Source: Trueperaceae bacterium | Lineage (GTDB): Bacteria > Deinococcota > Deinococci > Deinococcales > Trueperaceae | Direction: 5' to 3' | Length of the DNA: 64,000 bases | Assembly (NCBI GenBank): GCA_034520945.1 | Contig: JAXHNB010000006.1 | Location: 32,001-96,000, forward strand | Shown: positions 16,133 to 26,453 of the stretch, in pieces | Position numbering within the stretch: the stretch's first letter is position 1 | Layout: the number at the start of each line of letters is the position of its first letter | The notes under the pieces: model-generated | What the model was told of the DNA's origin: nothing | Seen by the model: only the letters and a program-made list of their open reading frames with translations | The model's database searches: none | Program-made: the position numbers and the translations under genes

Positions 16133-17350
16133 TCAGCCGTTCGCCTCTCCCCGTAGCGCCGCCCGTGCCGCGGTCAGCGCCGCGTCGAGTCCGGCCGGCT
16201 CATGGCCCGCGCCCTGCGCCCGGTCGGGCCGGCCGCCGCCGCGCCCCTGCACCGCGGGAAGCGCGGCGTCCAGGAGCGGACGCACGTCCACGCCGGCGTC
16301 CGGACCCGCCTGGAACAGCAGCGTGACCCGCTGCGCCTCCCGCGCCGCCAACAACGCCACCGCGTCCGGGGCGTGCGCGGCGCAGGCCGTGGCCAACGCC
16401 TCCAGCAGGGCGGGGTCCTCTACCACCCGGCGTAGCACCCGTGGGCCCTCGCCCGCCCCCGTCTCGGCCGCGGCCTGTCGAACCGCGGCGTCGGCCCAGG
16501 CGGCACGGGCCTCGGCCGCGGCGCGTTCGGCGCTGCCCAGCGCGTCGCGCAGGCCCGCCACGCGGTCGGGCAGCTCGTCCCAGCGGCTGCTGAACGACTG
16601 CGCCAACGCCTCCGTCATGCGCACGGTGGCCTCCGCCCGCTCGCCGGCCTCCAGGCCGGCCCGGAAGGTCACGCGCGTGGCGCCCCCGCGGACCCGCTTG
16701 GTGCCGAGCGGCAACAGCGGCAGCGCCTCCGCGGTGCGGGCCAGGTGCGTGCCGCCGCACGCGGCCAGCTCGACCTCGCCCATTCGCACCAAGCGCACGC
16801 GCCCCGACACCTTCGGCGGGCGCCGCAGCGGCCAGCGGTCCAGCTCGGCCTCGTCCACCTCGAACGCGTCGACCTGTAGGTTGGCGTACCCCCAATCGCG
16901 GGCCAACGCGAACGCCTCTGCGACTGCGTCGGCGTCGGGCGCGCCGGCCAGGTCCAGCGTGGCGTCGGGCGCCTCCAGCGACACCGACGTCGTCTCGAAC
17001 GTGGGCGAGACCCGCACGAACGCCTGCGACAGCAGGTGCTGCGCGCTGTGGCGTTGCATGTGGCGGTAGCGGCGCGGCCAGTCGATCCGGCAGGTCACCA
17101 CCTCGCCCTGGCGCGGGACGGCGCCCTCCACCCGGTGCAGCACCGCCTCGGGCCCCGCCGCGGCCACGTCCACCACGCGCGCCTCGCGGCCCGCGAAGGC
17201 GATCACGCCGGTGTCGAACGGTTGGCCGCCCGAGGTGGGGTAGAACAGGCTCTCCTGAAGCGCCACCCAGGTGCCCGACGGCGCGTGGCGCAGGGCCAGC
17301 ACGCGCGTGTCCAGCGTGGTGCGGTAGGGGTCGATCTGTTCGGGTCGCAT
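16133..17350 (-). CDS. alaX: AlaX-type misacylated tRNA editing protein with DHHA1 domain
   Basis: FYPTSGGQPFDTG, MQRHSAQHLLS, ACGGTH, GRGGGRPDRAQG. Confidence 0.9.
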   Translation of the reverse strand: MRPEQIDPYRTTLDTRVLALRHAPSGTWVALQESLFYPTSGGQPFDTGVIAFAGREARVVDVAAAGPEAVLHRVEGAVPRQGEVVTCRIDWPRRYRHMQRHSAQHLLSQAFVRVSPTFETTSVSLEAPDATLDLAGAPDADAVAEAFALARDWGYANLQVDAFEVDEAELDRWPLRRPPKVSGRVRLVRMGEVELAACGGTHLARTAEALPLLPLGTKRVRGGATRVTFRAGLEAGERAEATVRMTEALAQSFSSRWDELPDRVAGLRDALGSAERAAAEARAAWADAAVRQAAAETGAGEGPRVLRRVVEDPALLEALATACAAHAPDAVALLAAREAQRVTLLFQAGPDAGVDVRPLLDAALPAVQGRGGGRPDRAQGAGHEPAGLDAALTAARAALRGEANG

Positions 17351-17493
17351 CGCGGACGAAGGTAGCACGCACGGCGGCGCGTGCGCGTGCCGGTGGCGTC
17401 GCCGCGGCGTCCCTACCGGTCGCGCGGTCGCGCGCGCGCCGGGCGGCGCAGGCCGCGCCTCCGCGCTCGCCCAAAGCCGCGCACGACACGAAA

Positions 17494-17520
17494 CCGCGGG
17501 GCCGGCGTGCGGCCCCGCGG
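17494..17520 (-). terminator. Hairpin terminator downstream of the cytochrome P460-like gene
   Basis: CCGCGGGGCCG-gcgtg-CGGCCCCGCGG then TTT on the minus strand. Confidence 0.55.
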
Positions 17521-17563
17521 GGGAGGAGGCGGCCAGGCGGGCCGCCCGGCGTCAGGGGTGGTG

Positions 17564-18148
17564 TCAGTTTCCGTCGACTGCGGCGTCCGCCGTGCTGAGC
17601 GAAGCGTCGAACACCCAGTCGTTGTCCTCGACCTGCACGTGGCAGCCGACGCAGCCCGCAGGCGTGCCCGCAGCGTCGACGTTGCCGTCCGCGGCGATCT
17701 TGGCCCAGAACCAGTCACCCGAATCGGGGGCGTAGCCCGGCACCTTGACCATGAACGTCCACGCGGCCAGGTCTCCCTCGAATCCCTCGACCGGCGCCTT
17801 GGCGTCCAAGGCATCCCGGTCCACGCCGGTCGGCATGTGATTCTCCTTCACGAACACGGCGCCCTCCGAGAAGGTGGCGCTCCCTTCGGCGATGTCCGCC
17901 ATGGCGACGTCGTTCACGAAGGTGCGCAGCACCATGCCGTGCGGCGGGGAGCCGGCGTAGAACCCTTCGGGCACGTCGGGCTCGTACGCCCACTCCTGGT
18001 ACTGCCCGTCGTAGGCGTCCAGCAGGACGGTGGCGAAGGCCCCGTCGACGGTGGGACCGCCGTCCTGGGCCAGGGCGGTCAGCGGCAGGCTCAGCAGGGC
18101 CAGCCCGCCGAGCGTGGCGACGAGACGCGGAACGATGGATCGGCGCAT
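17564..18148 (-). CDS. Exported cytochrome P460/c'-beta family heme c protein
   Basis: Signal peptide (ALA|Q), YQEW, FSEGAVFVKE, MVK...GDWFWA, C-terminal CVGCH, DWVF. Confidence 0.82.
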   Translation of the reverse strand: MRRSIVPRLVATLGGLALLSLPLTALAQDGGPTVDGAFATVLLDAYDGQYQEWAYEPDVPEGFYAGSPPHGMVLRTFVNDVAMADIAEGSATFSEGAVFVKENHMPTGVDRDALDAKAPVEGFEGDLAAWTFMVKVPGYAPDSGDWFWAKIAADGNVDAAGTPAGCVGCHVQVEDNDWVFDASLSTADAAVDGN

Positions 18149-18407
18149 ACGTGTCCTCCTCTTTCTTCTCTCCGTGTAGTGCGACGCATGGGGACGTCAC
18201 CGGGTCGGACGATGTTCACTATGAAGCGCCGCGGGCCGGCGGTTCCGTCAAGCGGTTGACGCGGCGGCCCGCACCTTGCACCGTGCCTCGGGCGGTGCGA
18301 GGTGCGGAGCCAGGAACCGTGCCAGGAACGACGCGACGCACGGGTGCGGCGTCGTAGGCTTCCCCTCACGACGGGTCGCGGGCCGGCGGCCCGCCTGAGA
18401 GGACGAC

Positions 18408-19070
18408 ATGAACGATCCAAACGAGCGCGCCCCCCACACCGGACCGCTGGACGTCGACGCCGGCGTCCGGGACGAGGCGCACCTTCCGGACCCTGCCGGT
18501 CCCGAGTTCGACGAGGTCGGCGAGGCGCCGCTGGCGCCCCTGGTGGCGCGGTTCATCACCGGCCTGGGCGAGGACGTCGGGCGCGCCGGGATGGTCCGGA
18601 CGCCCGAGCGCGTCGAGCACGCGTTTCGGTTCCTGACCAGCGGCTACCACGCCGACGTGCACCAGGTGATCAACGGCGCGCTGTTCGAGGCGGAGGGCTC
18701 CGAAATGGTGGTGGTCAAGGACATCGAGTTCTACTCGTTGTGCGAGCACCACATGCTGCCGTTCTTCGGCCGCGCCCACATCGCCTACATCCCGGACCGC
18801 ACCATCCTGGGCCTGTCGAAGTTCGCCCGCGTGTTGGACGTGTACGCGCGCCGGATGCAGGTGCAGGAGCGCATGACCTCGCAGGTGGCCGACGCCCTGG
18901 TCGATGCGTTGCGGCCGCGCGGCCTGGCGGTCGTCACCGAGGCGCACCACCTGTGCATGATGATGCGGGGGGTAGAGAAGCAGGGGTCGTCGACGCGTAC
19001 GCACGCCATGCGCGGCGCCTTCCAAGACGACGCCCGCACGCGGCAGGAGTTCCTGGACGCCATCCGCTGA
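18408..19070 (+). CDS. folE: GTP cyclohydrolase I
   Basis: [35 protein letters not shown]. Confidence 0.97.
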   Translation: MNDPNERAPHTGPLDVDAGVRDEAHLPDPAGPEFDEVGEAPLAPLVARFITGLGEDVGRAGMVRTPERVEHAFRFLTSGYHADVHQVINGALFEAEGSEMVVVKDIEFYSLCEHHMLPFFGRAHIAYIPDRTILGLSKFARVLDVYARRMQVQERMTSQVADALVDALRPRGLAVVTEAHHLCMMMRGVEKQGSSTRTHAMRGAFQDDARTRQEFLDAIR

Positions 19071-19115
19071 CGCTCGACGCCCCGCGGCGCGTCGTGCGTC
19101 GCCAACGCCATCGGC

Positions 19116-19204
19116 ATACCAGACCAAGTCACTCGGGTATTGACACGGGGGGCCGGGCCCGGTACGTTTCCTCCCGGGGAAACTTGATCACATCACTCGG
19201 GAAT
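19116..19204 (+). promoter_or_regulatory. Sigma70 promoter of the Fe(III)-binding protein flanked by two IscR/Rrf2-like 25-bp sites
   Basis: TTGACA 19140-19145, 17-bp spacer, TACGTT 19163-19168; sites ATACCAGACCAAGTCACTCGGGTAT (19116-19140) and AAACTTGATCACATCACTCGGGAAT (19180-19204). Confidence 0.65.
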
Positions 19205-19269
19205 GGGCTGCCCCGGCCCGACCCGGACCGGCACGGCGCCCGGGCGCGGCCGGTGGATTGGAGACCCGC

Positions 19270-20310
19270 ATGACCCTCAGCCGTACCGCGCAGAGCGCAC
19301 GTCCGCTCCTCCTGGCGCTGCTCCTCGCCGCCCTCGCCGGGGCCGCCATGGCGCAGGACGCCGTGGTGAACGTGTATACCGCCCGCCACTACGACACCGA
19401 CGAGACCCTCTACCAGCGCTTCGAGGAACTGACCGGCATCGAGGTCAACGTGATCGAGGGCGACTCGGATCAGTTGATCTCCCGCATCACCAGCGAAGGC
19501 GACAACAGCCCCGCCGACGTGTTCATCACCGTCGACGCCGGCCGGCTGTGGCGCGCCGAGCAGGCCGGCCTTCTGGACGCCGTGGACGCGCCGGTGCTGA
19601 ACGCCGTGGTGCCCTCCTCGCTACGGCACCCGGACGGCCTGTGGTTCGGCCTCACACAGCGCGTGCGCGGCATCGTCTACGCCACGGACGCGGTCGACGC
19701 GGATGCGCTGCCCAGCTACGAGGAGCTGGCCGATGATCGCTGGGAGGGCCGGCTCTGCATCCGCTCCTCCAGCAACGTGTACAACCAGTCGCTGCTGGCC
19801 TCGCTGATCGCCTCGCACGGCGCCGAGCAGGCCGAAGCCTGGGCCGCGGACGTCGTCGACAACCTCGCCCGCTCGCCGCAGGGCGGCGACACCGACCAGA
19901 TCCGCGCCGTCGCCGCCGGCCAATGCGACGTGGCCGTGGTGAACCACTACTACCTGGCGCGGCTGATCGCCTCGGACGACCCCGCGGACCAGGAGGTCGT
20001 GGCGCAGGTCGACTTCCACTTCCCCAACCAGGACGGCCGCGGGGCGCACGTCAACGTCAGCGCCGCCGGCGTGGTCACCACCGCGCCGCACCGCGCGAAC
20101 GCCGTCCGCTTCATCACCTACCTCACCTCGCCCGCCGCGCAGGAGGTGTTCGCCGCCGGCAACCACGAGTTCCCGGTGGTCGCAGGCGTCCCCGCCTCCG
20201 AGGTCGCCAGCGGCTTCGGACCGTTCCAGACCGACGCCGTCAACGTCTCGGTGTACGGCGAGAACAACCCCGAGGCGGTCCGCATCTTCGACCGCGTCGG
20301 GTGGCGCTGA
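19270..20310 (+). CDS. futA: Fe(III) ABC transporter substrate-binding protein (FutA/FbpA type)
   Basis: Signal peptide, VYTARHY, SPADVFITVDAGRL, RSSSNVYNQSL, NHYY iron-ligand tyrosines. Confidence 0.92.
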   Translation: MTLSRTAQSARPLLLALLLAALAGAAMAQDAVVNVYTARHYDTDETLYQRFEELTGIEVNVIEGDSDQLISRITSEGDNSPADVFITVDAGRLWRAEQAGLLDAVDAPVLNAVVPSSLRHPDGLWFGLTQRVRGIVYATDAVDADALPSYEELADDRWEGRLCIRSSSNVYNQSLLASLIASHGAEQAEAWAADVVDNLARSPQGGDTDQIRAVAAGQCDVAVVNHYYLARLIASDDPADQEVVAQVDFHFPNQDGRGAHVNVSAAGVVTTAPHRANAVRFITYLTSPAAQEVFAAGNHEFPVVAGVPASEVASGFGPFQTDAVNVSVYGENNPEAVRIFDRVGWR

Positions 20311-20389
20311 GCCACCGCGCCATCCCCGCTTCTCCATGAAGGCGCGCCCCCGGACCCGGGTCCGGGAGCGCGCGCCCTGGGCGCCGGCG

Positions 20390-22111
20390 TCACCGCCCCG
20401 TCGTCTGTGCCCGCCCGCGCGCGATGCCCCAACTGAGCAGCACCACCGGCACCAGCCCCACCAGGGCGATCGCCAGCGCGCCCGGCGCGGCCTGCGCCAG
20501 GCGTTCGTCCGACGCCAGCCGGTAGACGCGCACCGCCAGCGTGTCGAAGTTGAACGGCCGCACGATCAGCGTGGCGGGCAGCTCCTTCATCACGTCGACG
20601 AACACCAGCAACGCCGCGGTCAGCAGGCTGCCCCGCAACAGCGGCACGTGCACCCGTATCAACGTGCCCAAGGACCGCCAGCCCAGGCTGCGCGCCGCGT
20701 CGTCCATGCTGGCGGTGATCTTGCTCAGGTTCGCCTCGACCCCGCCGTAGGCGACGGCCAGGAAGCGCACCAGGTAGGCGAACACCAGCCCCGCGATCGT
20801 GCCCGACAACAGCAATCCGGTGGACAGGCCGAAGCTGGCCTCCAGCCAGGCGTCCAGGCGGTTGTCGATCCAGCCGAGGTGCATCAGCACCCCCACCGCG
20901 ATCACCGAGCCCGGCACCGCGTACCCCATCGAGGCCACCCGCGTGGCGATGCGGACCATCCGGCTGGGGCGCAACCGCCGCCCGTACGCCAGCACCAACG
21001 CCGCAAGGATCGTCAGCACCGCGGTCAGGCCTGCCACGCCGACCGTGTTGCGGAGGTGCGTGAAGAAGCCGGCGTCCAGCCGGGCCTCGTGGCTGAAGGT
21101 CATGACGGCCAGGACGGTGGCGGGCAGGAGGAAGCCGAGCACCACCGGCAGGGCGCAGAAGGCGCTGGCCCCGGCCGCCCGCCACCCCCGCAAGCGGTAG
21201 CGGGCCAACGGTTGGAAGCGGCTGGTGAGCGGCTGGGCCGCGGGCCGCTGGCCCAGCGTTCGCTCCATCACCAACAGCACCAGCACGAACCCCAGCAGCA
21301 GCGCCGCCAGTTGCGCGGCCGCGGCGGGCTCGCCCAGGCCGAACCAGGTGCGGTAGATGCCGGTCGTGAACGTGATCACCCCGAAGTACTCCACCGTCCC
21401 GAAGTCGGCCAGCGTCTCCATCAGCGCCAGCGCCGTGCCGGCCGCGATCGCGGGCCGCGCCAGCGGCAGGGAGACCAACGCGAAGCCTTTCCACGGGCCG
21501 CGGCCCAGGCTGCGGGTGGCCTCCAGCATCGAGTTGGACTGCTCCAGGAACGCCGTCCGGGTCAGCAGGTAGACGTACGGGTACAGCGCCAGCGTCAGCA
21601 TCGCCACCGCGCCGGGCAGCGACCGGATGGTCGGGAACCAGTAGTCGCGGCCGCTCCAGCCGGTCATATCGCGGAGCCACGACTGGAGCGGCCCCGAGAA
21701 CTGCAGGAAGTCGGTGTAGGCGTAGGCCAGGATGTACGCCGGGATCGCCAGGGGCAGCAGAAGCGCCCACTCCGCCACGCGCCGGCCGGGGAAGGTGGTC
21801 ATGGTGATCAGCCAGGCGCCGCCCACCCCGAGCACCAGGGTTCCGGCCGTGACGCCCAGCATCAACAGCACAGAGTTGCGGACGTACTCCGGCAGCACCG
21901 TGGTCGCCAGGTGCGTCCAGATCTCGCCCGCGGGCGTGAACACGCTGGCCACCACCACCAGGATCGGCGCGGCGATCAGCAGCGCCACCCCGATCACGAC
22001 GAGCTCCCACAGCCAGGAGCGGCCGCGGAAGCGGCCACGCCCGCCCGGTCGCGCAGGCGTGGCGGCGCGGGGGGCGAACGGGCGGGGGAGGGGGACGCGC
22101 GGCCTGTCCAT
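20390..22111 (-). CDS. futB: Fe(III) ABC transporter permease (FutB/FbpB type)
   Basis: Two EAA loops, METLADFGTV, DVMKELPATLIVRPFNFDTLA. Confidence 0.92.
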   Translation of the reverse strand: MDRPRVPLPRPFAPRAATPARPGGRGRFRGRSWLWELVVIGVALLIAAPILVVVASVFTPAGEIWTHLATTVLPEYVRNSVLLMLGVTAGTLVLGVGGAWLITMTTFPGRRVAEWALLLPLAIPAYILAYAYTDFLQFSGPLQSWLRDMTGWSGRDYWFPTIRSLPGAVAMLTLALYPYVYLLTRTAFLEQSNSMLEATRSLGRGPWKGFALVSLPLARPAIAAGTALALMETLADFGTVEYFGVITFTTGIYRTWFGLGEPAAAAQLAALLLGFVLVLLVMERTLGQRPAAQPLTSRFQPLARYRLRGWRAAGASAFCALPVVLGFLLPATVLAVMTFSHEARLDAGFFTHLRNTVGVAGLTAVLTILAALVLAYGRRLRPSRMVRIATRVASMGYAVPGSVIAVGVLMHLGWIDNRLDAWLEASFGLSTGLLLSGTIAGLVFAYLVRFLAVAYGGVEANLSKITASMDDAARSLGWRSLGTLIRVHVPLLRGSLLTAALLVFVDVMKELPATLIVRPFNFDTLAVRVYRLASDERLAQAAPGALAIALVGLVPVVLLSWGIARGRAQTTGR

Positions 22112-22123
22112 GACGCACCTGGC

Positions 22124-22897
22124 TCAGCGCAGCAGGGCGGAAAGCCAGTCGGCCACGCCGAGCTCTTCGGGGGCGGCGATCCGTTCGTCCGCGACCGCGA
22201 GCACCTCGGCCGTGGGGCGGGGACCGACGACGACGCCGCGACCGGCCCAGGCCAGCATGGTGACGTCGTTGGCGCCGTCGCCGAAGGCGACCGTTTCACT
22301 GCGGGGCACGCCCAGCCGCTCGGCGATGAGGGCCAGCGCCGCCCCCTTGTCGGCGTCGGTGGCGGTGATCTCGAGGTTGCCGTCGTCCCACGCGTAGGTG
22401 GTCACGTCGAACGACGCCCGCACCTGCGCCTCGATCGTGCTGGAGGAACCGTTGCCTCCGAACACGATCTTGTCGGCGTCCCGGACGGCGTCGATCTCGA
22501 AGCGGGCGACCGCGCGGCCCGTGGTGTGCGCCCAGGCCCAGCGGGGGTCGTCGGGGTCGTTCACGTGCAGCACGTCGTCGATGATGCACGCGAACGGCAC
22601 GCCCCCGGGCAGCAGCGGCGGCGACAGGATGGCGCGGACGGCGTCGGCCGGCATGCGGCGGCGTTTGAGCACCTCGCCTCCTGGGCCGACGACCATGGCG
22701 CCGTGATTCACGCTGTACGGACCCGGCAGCACCTTCAGGTGCGCCAGCATCGGCTGCGCCGCCCCTGGCGGCCGGCCGGTGAGGACGGTCACGTGGTGGC
22801 CTTTCGCCCGGGCGGCCGCGATGGCGGCGGCGATCTCGTCCGGGATGCGGTGGTCGGCCGTGACGACGGTGTTGTCGAGATCGAAGGCCAGCAACAT
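22124..22897 (-). CDS. Cof-type HAD hydrolase
   Basis: AFDLDNT, LTGR, AFGDGANDVTML. Confidence 0.92.
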   Translation of the reverse strand: MLLAFDLDNTVVTADHRIPDEIAAAIAAARAKGHHVTVLTGRPPGAAQPMLAHLKVLPGPYSVNHGAMVVGPGGEVLKRRRMPADAVRAILSPPLLPGGVPFACIIDDVLHVNDPDDPRWAWAHTTGRAVARFEIDAVRDADKIVFGGNGSSSTIEAQVRASFDVTTYAWDDGNLEITATDADKGAALALIAERLGVPRSETVAFGDGANDVTMLAWAGRGVVVGPRPTAEVLAVADERIAAPEELGVADWLSALLR

Positions 22898-23092
22898 TAC
22901 CGACCAGCCTACTCCGGATTGGCGCTGCGCGCGTCGCCCAAGCACGTGCCGGCGACCGGGCCGGCGCCACGCCGGCCGGGGCGAGCGCGTGGATCGCGGC
23001 CGCAGGCCGCGTGATATCGTCTTAGCAGACCGCGTTCCGCAGGCGGGGCCTCCCCGCGCCGCCGCCTAGGGAAACCCGAGGAGGTCATGCGT

Positions 23093-23452
23093 ATGTACAG
23101 GGGACGCGAAGGCCAATGGGCCTTCATTTTTCACCGCCTGTCGGGCGTGGCGCTGGCGTTGTACCTGCTGCTCCATGTGATCGACATCAGCTTGGTGATG
23201 TACGGGCCCGACGGCCCGTTCAACGCGTTCTTGGCCTTCTATCACCAGTGGCCCTTCCGCGTGGGCCTACTGTTGGTGATCGCGGGCGTGGTGTATCACG
23301 GCCTGAACGGCCTCCGCATCATCTTGATGGACTTCACCGGTTGGGGGGTGCGCTACCAGGGCGCCCTCTGGTACGGCGTCCTGGGTCTCACCACCGTGAT
23401 CGGCATCCCGGTGCTGATCAAGATCGTGCCCGAGATCGTCGGAGGCGCCTGA
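23093..23452 (+). CDS. sdhC: Succinate dehydrogenase cytochrome b subunit
   Basis: MYRGREGQWAF.FHRLSG, YHGLNGLRIIL; position in sdh cluster. Confidence 0.92.
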   Translation: MYRGREGQWAFIFHRLSGVALALYLLLHVIDISLVMYGPDGPFNAFLAFYHQWPFRVGLLLVIAGVVYHGLNGLRIILMDFTGWGVRYQGALWYGVLGLTTVIGIPVLIKIVPEIVGGA

Positions 23453-23453
23453 G

Positions 23454-23873
23454 ATGGCCACGCGCCCCCGCACCTTCCAGCAGGCCCGCAGCACGTATCG
23501 CACCAACCCCGAGTTGGCCTGGTGGGTGTTCATGCGCATTTCGGGCATGTTGTTGATCTTCCTGGCGTTCGCCCACGTGTTCTTCAACAACATCCTGATC
23601 GACGCGGCCACCATCGACTACGAGTACGTCGCCGAGCGCCTCAGCCAGCCGGCGGTGAAGGTGTTCGACACCTTCTTGCTGGGCCTCGCCATGTTGCACG
23701 GCACCAACGGCCTGCGCTACTCGGTCGAGGACTACGTCCGGCGCCCCGGCCGCCGCTTCTGGACCAAGACGATCCTGTACACCCTCGCCGCCATCATTTT
23801 CGTGCTGGGCGTCATGACGCTGTGGGCGTTCAGCTACGACGAGATGGGCGCCGCAGTCCAGGCGCTCGACTGA
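23454..23873 (+). CDS. sdhD: Succinate dehydrogenase membrane anchor subunit
   Basis: [21 protein letters not shown]. Confidence 0.9.
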   Translation: MATRPRTFQQARSTYRTNPELAWWVFMRISGMLLIFLAFAHVFFNNILIDAATIDYEYVAERLSQPAVKVFDTFLLGLAMLHGTNGLRYSVEDYVRRPGRRFWTKTILYTLAAIIFVLGVMTLWAFSYDEMGAAVQALD

Positions 23874-23904
23874 CCGTGCGAGCCTTCGGAGGAACCCACC
23901 CACG

Positions 23905-25641
23905 ATGAGACCCCATAGGTACGACGTGATCGTGGTCGGCGCCGGCGGCGCCGGCCTGATGGCGGCGAAGTACGCGGCCCAGCAGCCCGGCGTCTCCGTC
24001 GCCGTGATCAGCAAGCTCTACCCCACCCGCTCGCACACCGGCGCGGCGCAGGGCGGCGTCGGCGCCGCCCTCGGCAACGTGAGCGAGGACCACCCCGCCT
24101 GGCACGCCTTCGACACCATCAAGGGGGGCGACTACCTCACCGACCAGGACGTCGCCGAGAGCTTCGCGCACGAGGTGATCGAGGCGGTGTACGAGCTCGA
24201 GCACATGGGCCTGCCGTTCAGCCGCACGCCCGAGGGCCGCATCGCGCAACGCAAGTTCGGCGGGCACACCCGCGACTACGGCAAGAGCGCCGTCGAGCGC
24301 GCCTGTTACGCCGCCGACCGCACCGGCCACATGATCCTGCAGACGCTGTACCAGCAGTCCATCAAGGACCAGGTCACCTTCTTCAACGAGTACCACGTGC
24401 TCGACGTGATCCTCGACGAGGGCGAGTGCCGCGGGGTGGTGGCGTACGAGCTGGCCACCGGCGCGCTGCACACCTTCCACGCCAAGTCGGTCATCATCGC
24501 CACCGGCGGGTTCGGCCGCATGTTCAAGGTCACCTCCAACGCGCACGCGCTGACCGGCGACCTGAACAGCATCCTGTACCGCCGCGGCCTGCCGATGGAG
24601 GACCCCGAGTTCTTCCAGTTCCACCCCACCGGGCTGTACCGGATCGGCGTGCTCCTCACCGAGGGCGCCCGCGGCGAAGGGGGCGTTCTGCGCAATTCCG
24701 AGGGCGAGCGGTTCATGGAGACGTACGCCCCCTCCATCAAGGACCTGGCGCCCCGCGACATGATCTCGCGCGCCATGTACCTCGAGGTGGCGGAGGGGCG
24801 CGGCGTCGGTCCCGACAAGGACTACCTGCTGCTGGACCTCACCCACATCGACGCCGAGATCATCGAGGAGCGCCTTCCCGACATCACCGAATTCGCCCGC
24901 ATCTACCTGGGGGTGGACCCCATCCACGAGCCGGTGCCGGTGCAGCCGACCGCGCACTACGCCATGGGCGGCATCCCCACCACCGACGGCACGCACGTCA
25001 TCACCGACGGCCAGAACACGGTGGTGCCGGGCCTGTACGCCGCGGGCGAAGTCGCCTGCGTCAGCCTGCACGGCGCCAACCGGCTCGGCACCAACAGCCT
25101 GGGCGACCTGATCGTCTACGGCCGCCGCGCCGGCCAGAACGCCGCCGCCTTCGCCGCCGAGACGCCGTGGCACGACCTGCCCGCCGGCGTGGAGGACCGC
25201 ACCCGCGAGCAGTTGGACGGCATCCGTGCCGCGTCGGGCTCGGAACGCGTCTCGCACCTGCGCAAGGAACTGCAGGACTCGATGATGGACAACGCCTCGG
25301 TGTTCCGCACCGACGAGACGCTGGCGCGCCAGGTCGACAAGCTGAGCGAGCTGCAACGGCGCTACCGCGAAGTGTCGGTCGACGACACCGGCTCGGTGTT
25401 CAACACCGAACTGATGGAGGCGGTCGAGCTGGGCTACCTGCTGGACAACGCCGAGATGCTGGTGCACGCCGCCCGCAACCGGACCGAATCGCGCGGCGCG
25501 CACTCCCGCGAGGACTACGCCGACCGCGATGACGAGACCTGGCTGAAGCACACCCTCGTGTACAGGGAGGGCGGCGGGGTCCGCATCGACTACAAGCCCG
25601 TGACGCTCGGCCGCTACGAGCCCAAGCCGCGCGTCTACTGA
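23905..25641 (+). CDS. sdhA: Succinate dehydrogenase flavoprotein
   Basis: [33 protein letters not shown]. Confidence 0.98.
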   Translation: MRPHRYDVIVVGAGGAGLMAAKYAAQQPGVSVAVISKLYPTRSHTGAAQGGVGAALGNVSEDHPAWHAFDTIKGGDYLTDQDVAESFAHEVIEAVYELEHMGLPFSRTPEGRIAQRKFGGHTRDYGKSAVERACYAADRTGHMILQTLYQQSIKDQVTFFNEYHVLDVILDEGECRGVVAYELATGALHTFHAKSVIIATGGFGRMFKVTSNAHALTGDLNSILYRRGLPMEDPEFFQFHPTGLYRIGVLLTEGARGEGGVLRNSEGERFMETYAPSIKDLAPRDMISRAMYLEVAEGRGVGPDKDYLLLDLTHIDAEIIEERLPDITEFARIYLGVDPIHEPVPVQPTAHYAMGGIPTTDGTHVITDGQNTVVPGLYAAGEVACVSLHGANRLGTNSLGDLIVYGRRAGQNAAAFAAETPWHDLPAGVEDRTREQLDGIRAASGSERVSHLRKELQDSMMDNASVFRTDETLARQVDKLSELQRRYREVSVDDTGSVFNTELMEAVELGYLLDNAEMLVHAARNRTESRGAHSREDYADRDDETWLKHTLVYREGGGVRIDYKPVTLGRYEPKPRVY

Positions 25642-25651
25642 GGGGGGCGAC

Positions 25652-26359
25652 ATGGACACCGTGCAGGTCAGCATGAAGATCAAGCGCTTCGATCCCGACA
25701 AGGACACGAAGTCGCACTGGGAGGAGTACCGCGTCGAGGCGCGCCCCACCGACCGCGTGTTGGACGTCCTGCACCACATCAAGTGGGAGCTCGACGGCAC
25801 GTTGACCTTTCGCCGCAGCTGCGCCCACGGCATCTGCGGCAGCGACGCCATGATGATCAACGGCGTGAACCGCCTGGCCTGCAAGCTGCTGGTGCGCGAC
25901 GTCGGCACCGACGTGCGCATCGAGCCGCTCCGCGGCCTGCCGGTCATCAAGGACATGATCGTGGACATGGACCCGTTCTTCGAGTCGTACGAAGCGGTGC
26001 TGCCGTACTTCGTCAACGACGACCCCGCCCCCGGCGCCGAGCGGTACCAGAGCCCCGAGGACCGCGAGCGCTTCGACGACACCACCAAGTGCATTCTCTG
26101 CGCCGCCTGCACCACCAGCTGCCCGGTGTTCTGGACCAACGAGAGCTACATCGGCCCGGCCGCGATCGTGAACGCGCACCGCTTCATCTTCGACTCGCGC
26201 GATCAGGGCGCCGACGCGCGCCTGGAGGTGTTGGGGCAGGCCAACGGCCTGTGGCGCTGCCGCACCGCCTACAACTGCACCGAGGCGTGCCCCCGCGACA
26301 TTCCCGTCACCCGCGCCATCCAAGAGGTCAAGCGCGAGATGCTGAAGCGCAGCGCCTGA
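25652..26359 (+). CDS. sdhB: Succinate dehydrogenase iron-sulfur subunit
   Basis: SCAHGICGSD, CILCAACTTSCP, CRTAYNCTEACP. Confidence 0.98.
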   Translation: MDTVQVSMKIKRFDPDKDTKSHWEEYRVEARPTDRVLDVLHHIKWELDGTLTFRRSCAHGICGSDAMMINGVNRLACKLLVRDVGTDVRIEPLRGLPVIKDMIVDMDPFFESYEAVLPYFVNDDPAPGAERYQSPEDRERFDDTTKCILCAACTTSCPVFWTNESYIGPAAIVNAHRFIFDSRDQGADARLEVLGQANGLWRCRTAYNCTEACPRDIPVTRAIQEVKREMLKRSA

Positions 26360-26453
26360 TCCCGTCGCCGACGCGCGCCGGGCTCGGTGCCCGGCGCGCG
26401 TCGTAGCACGTACCGCCGGGCGCGCCACGCGCCCGGCGGTACCTCGCGACGGG

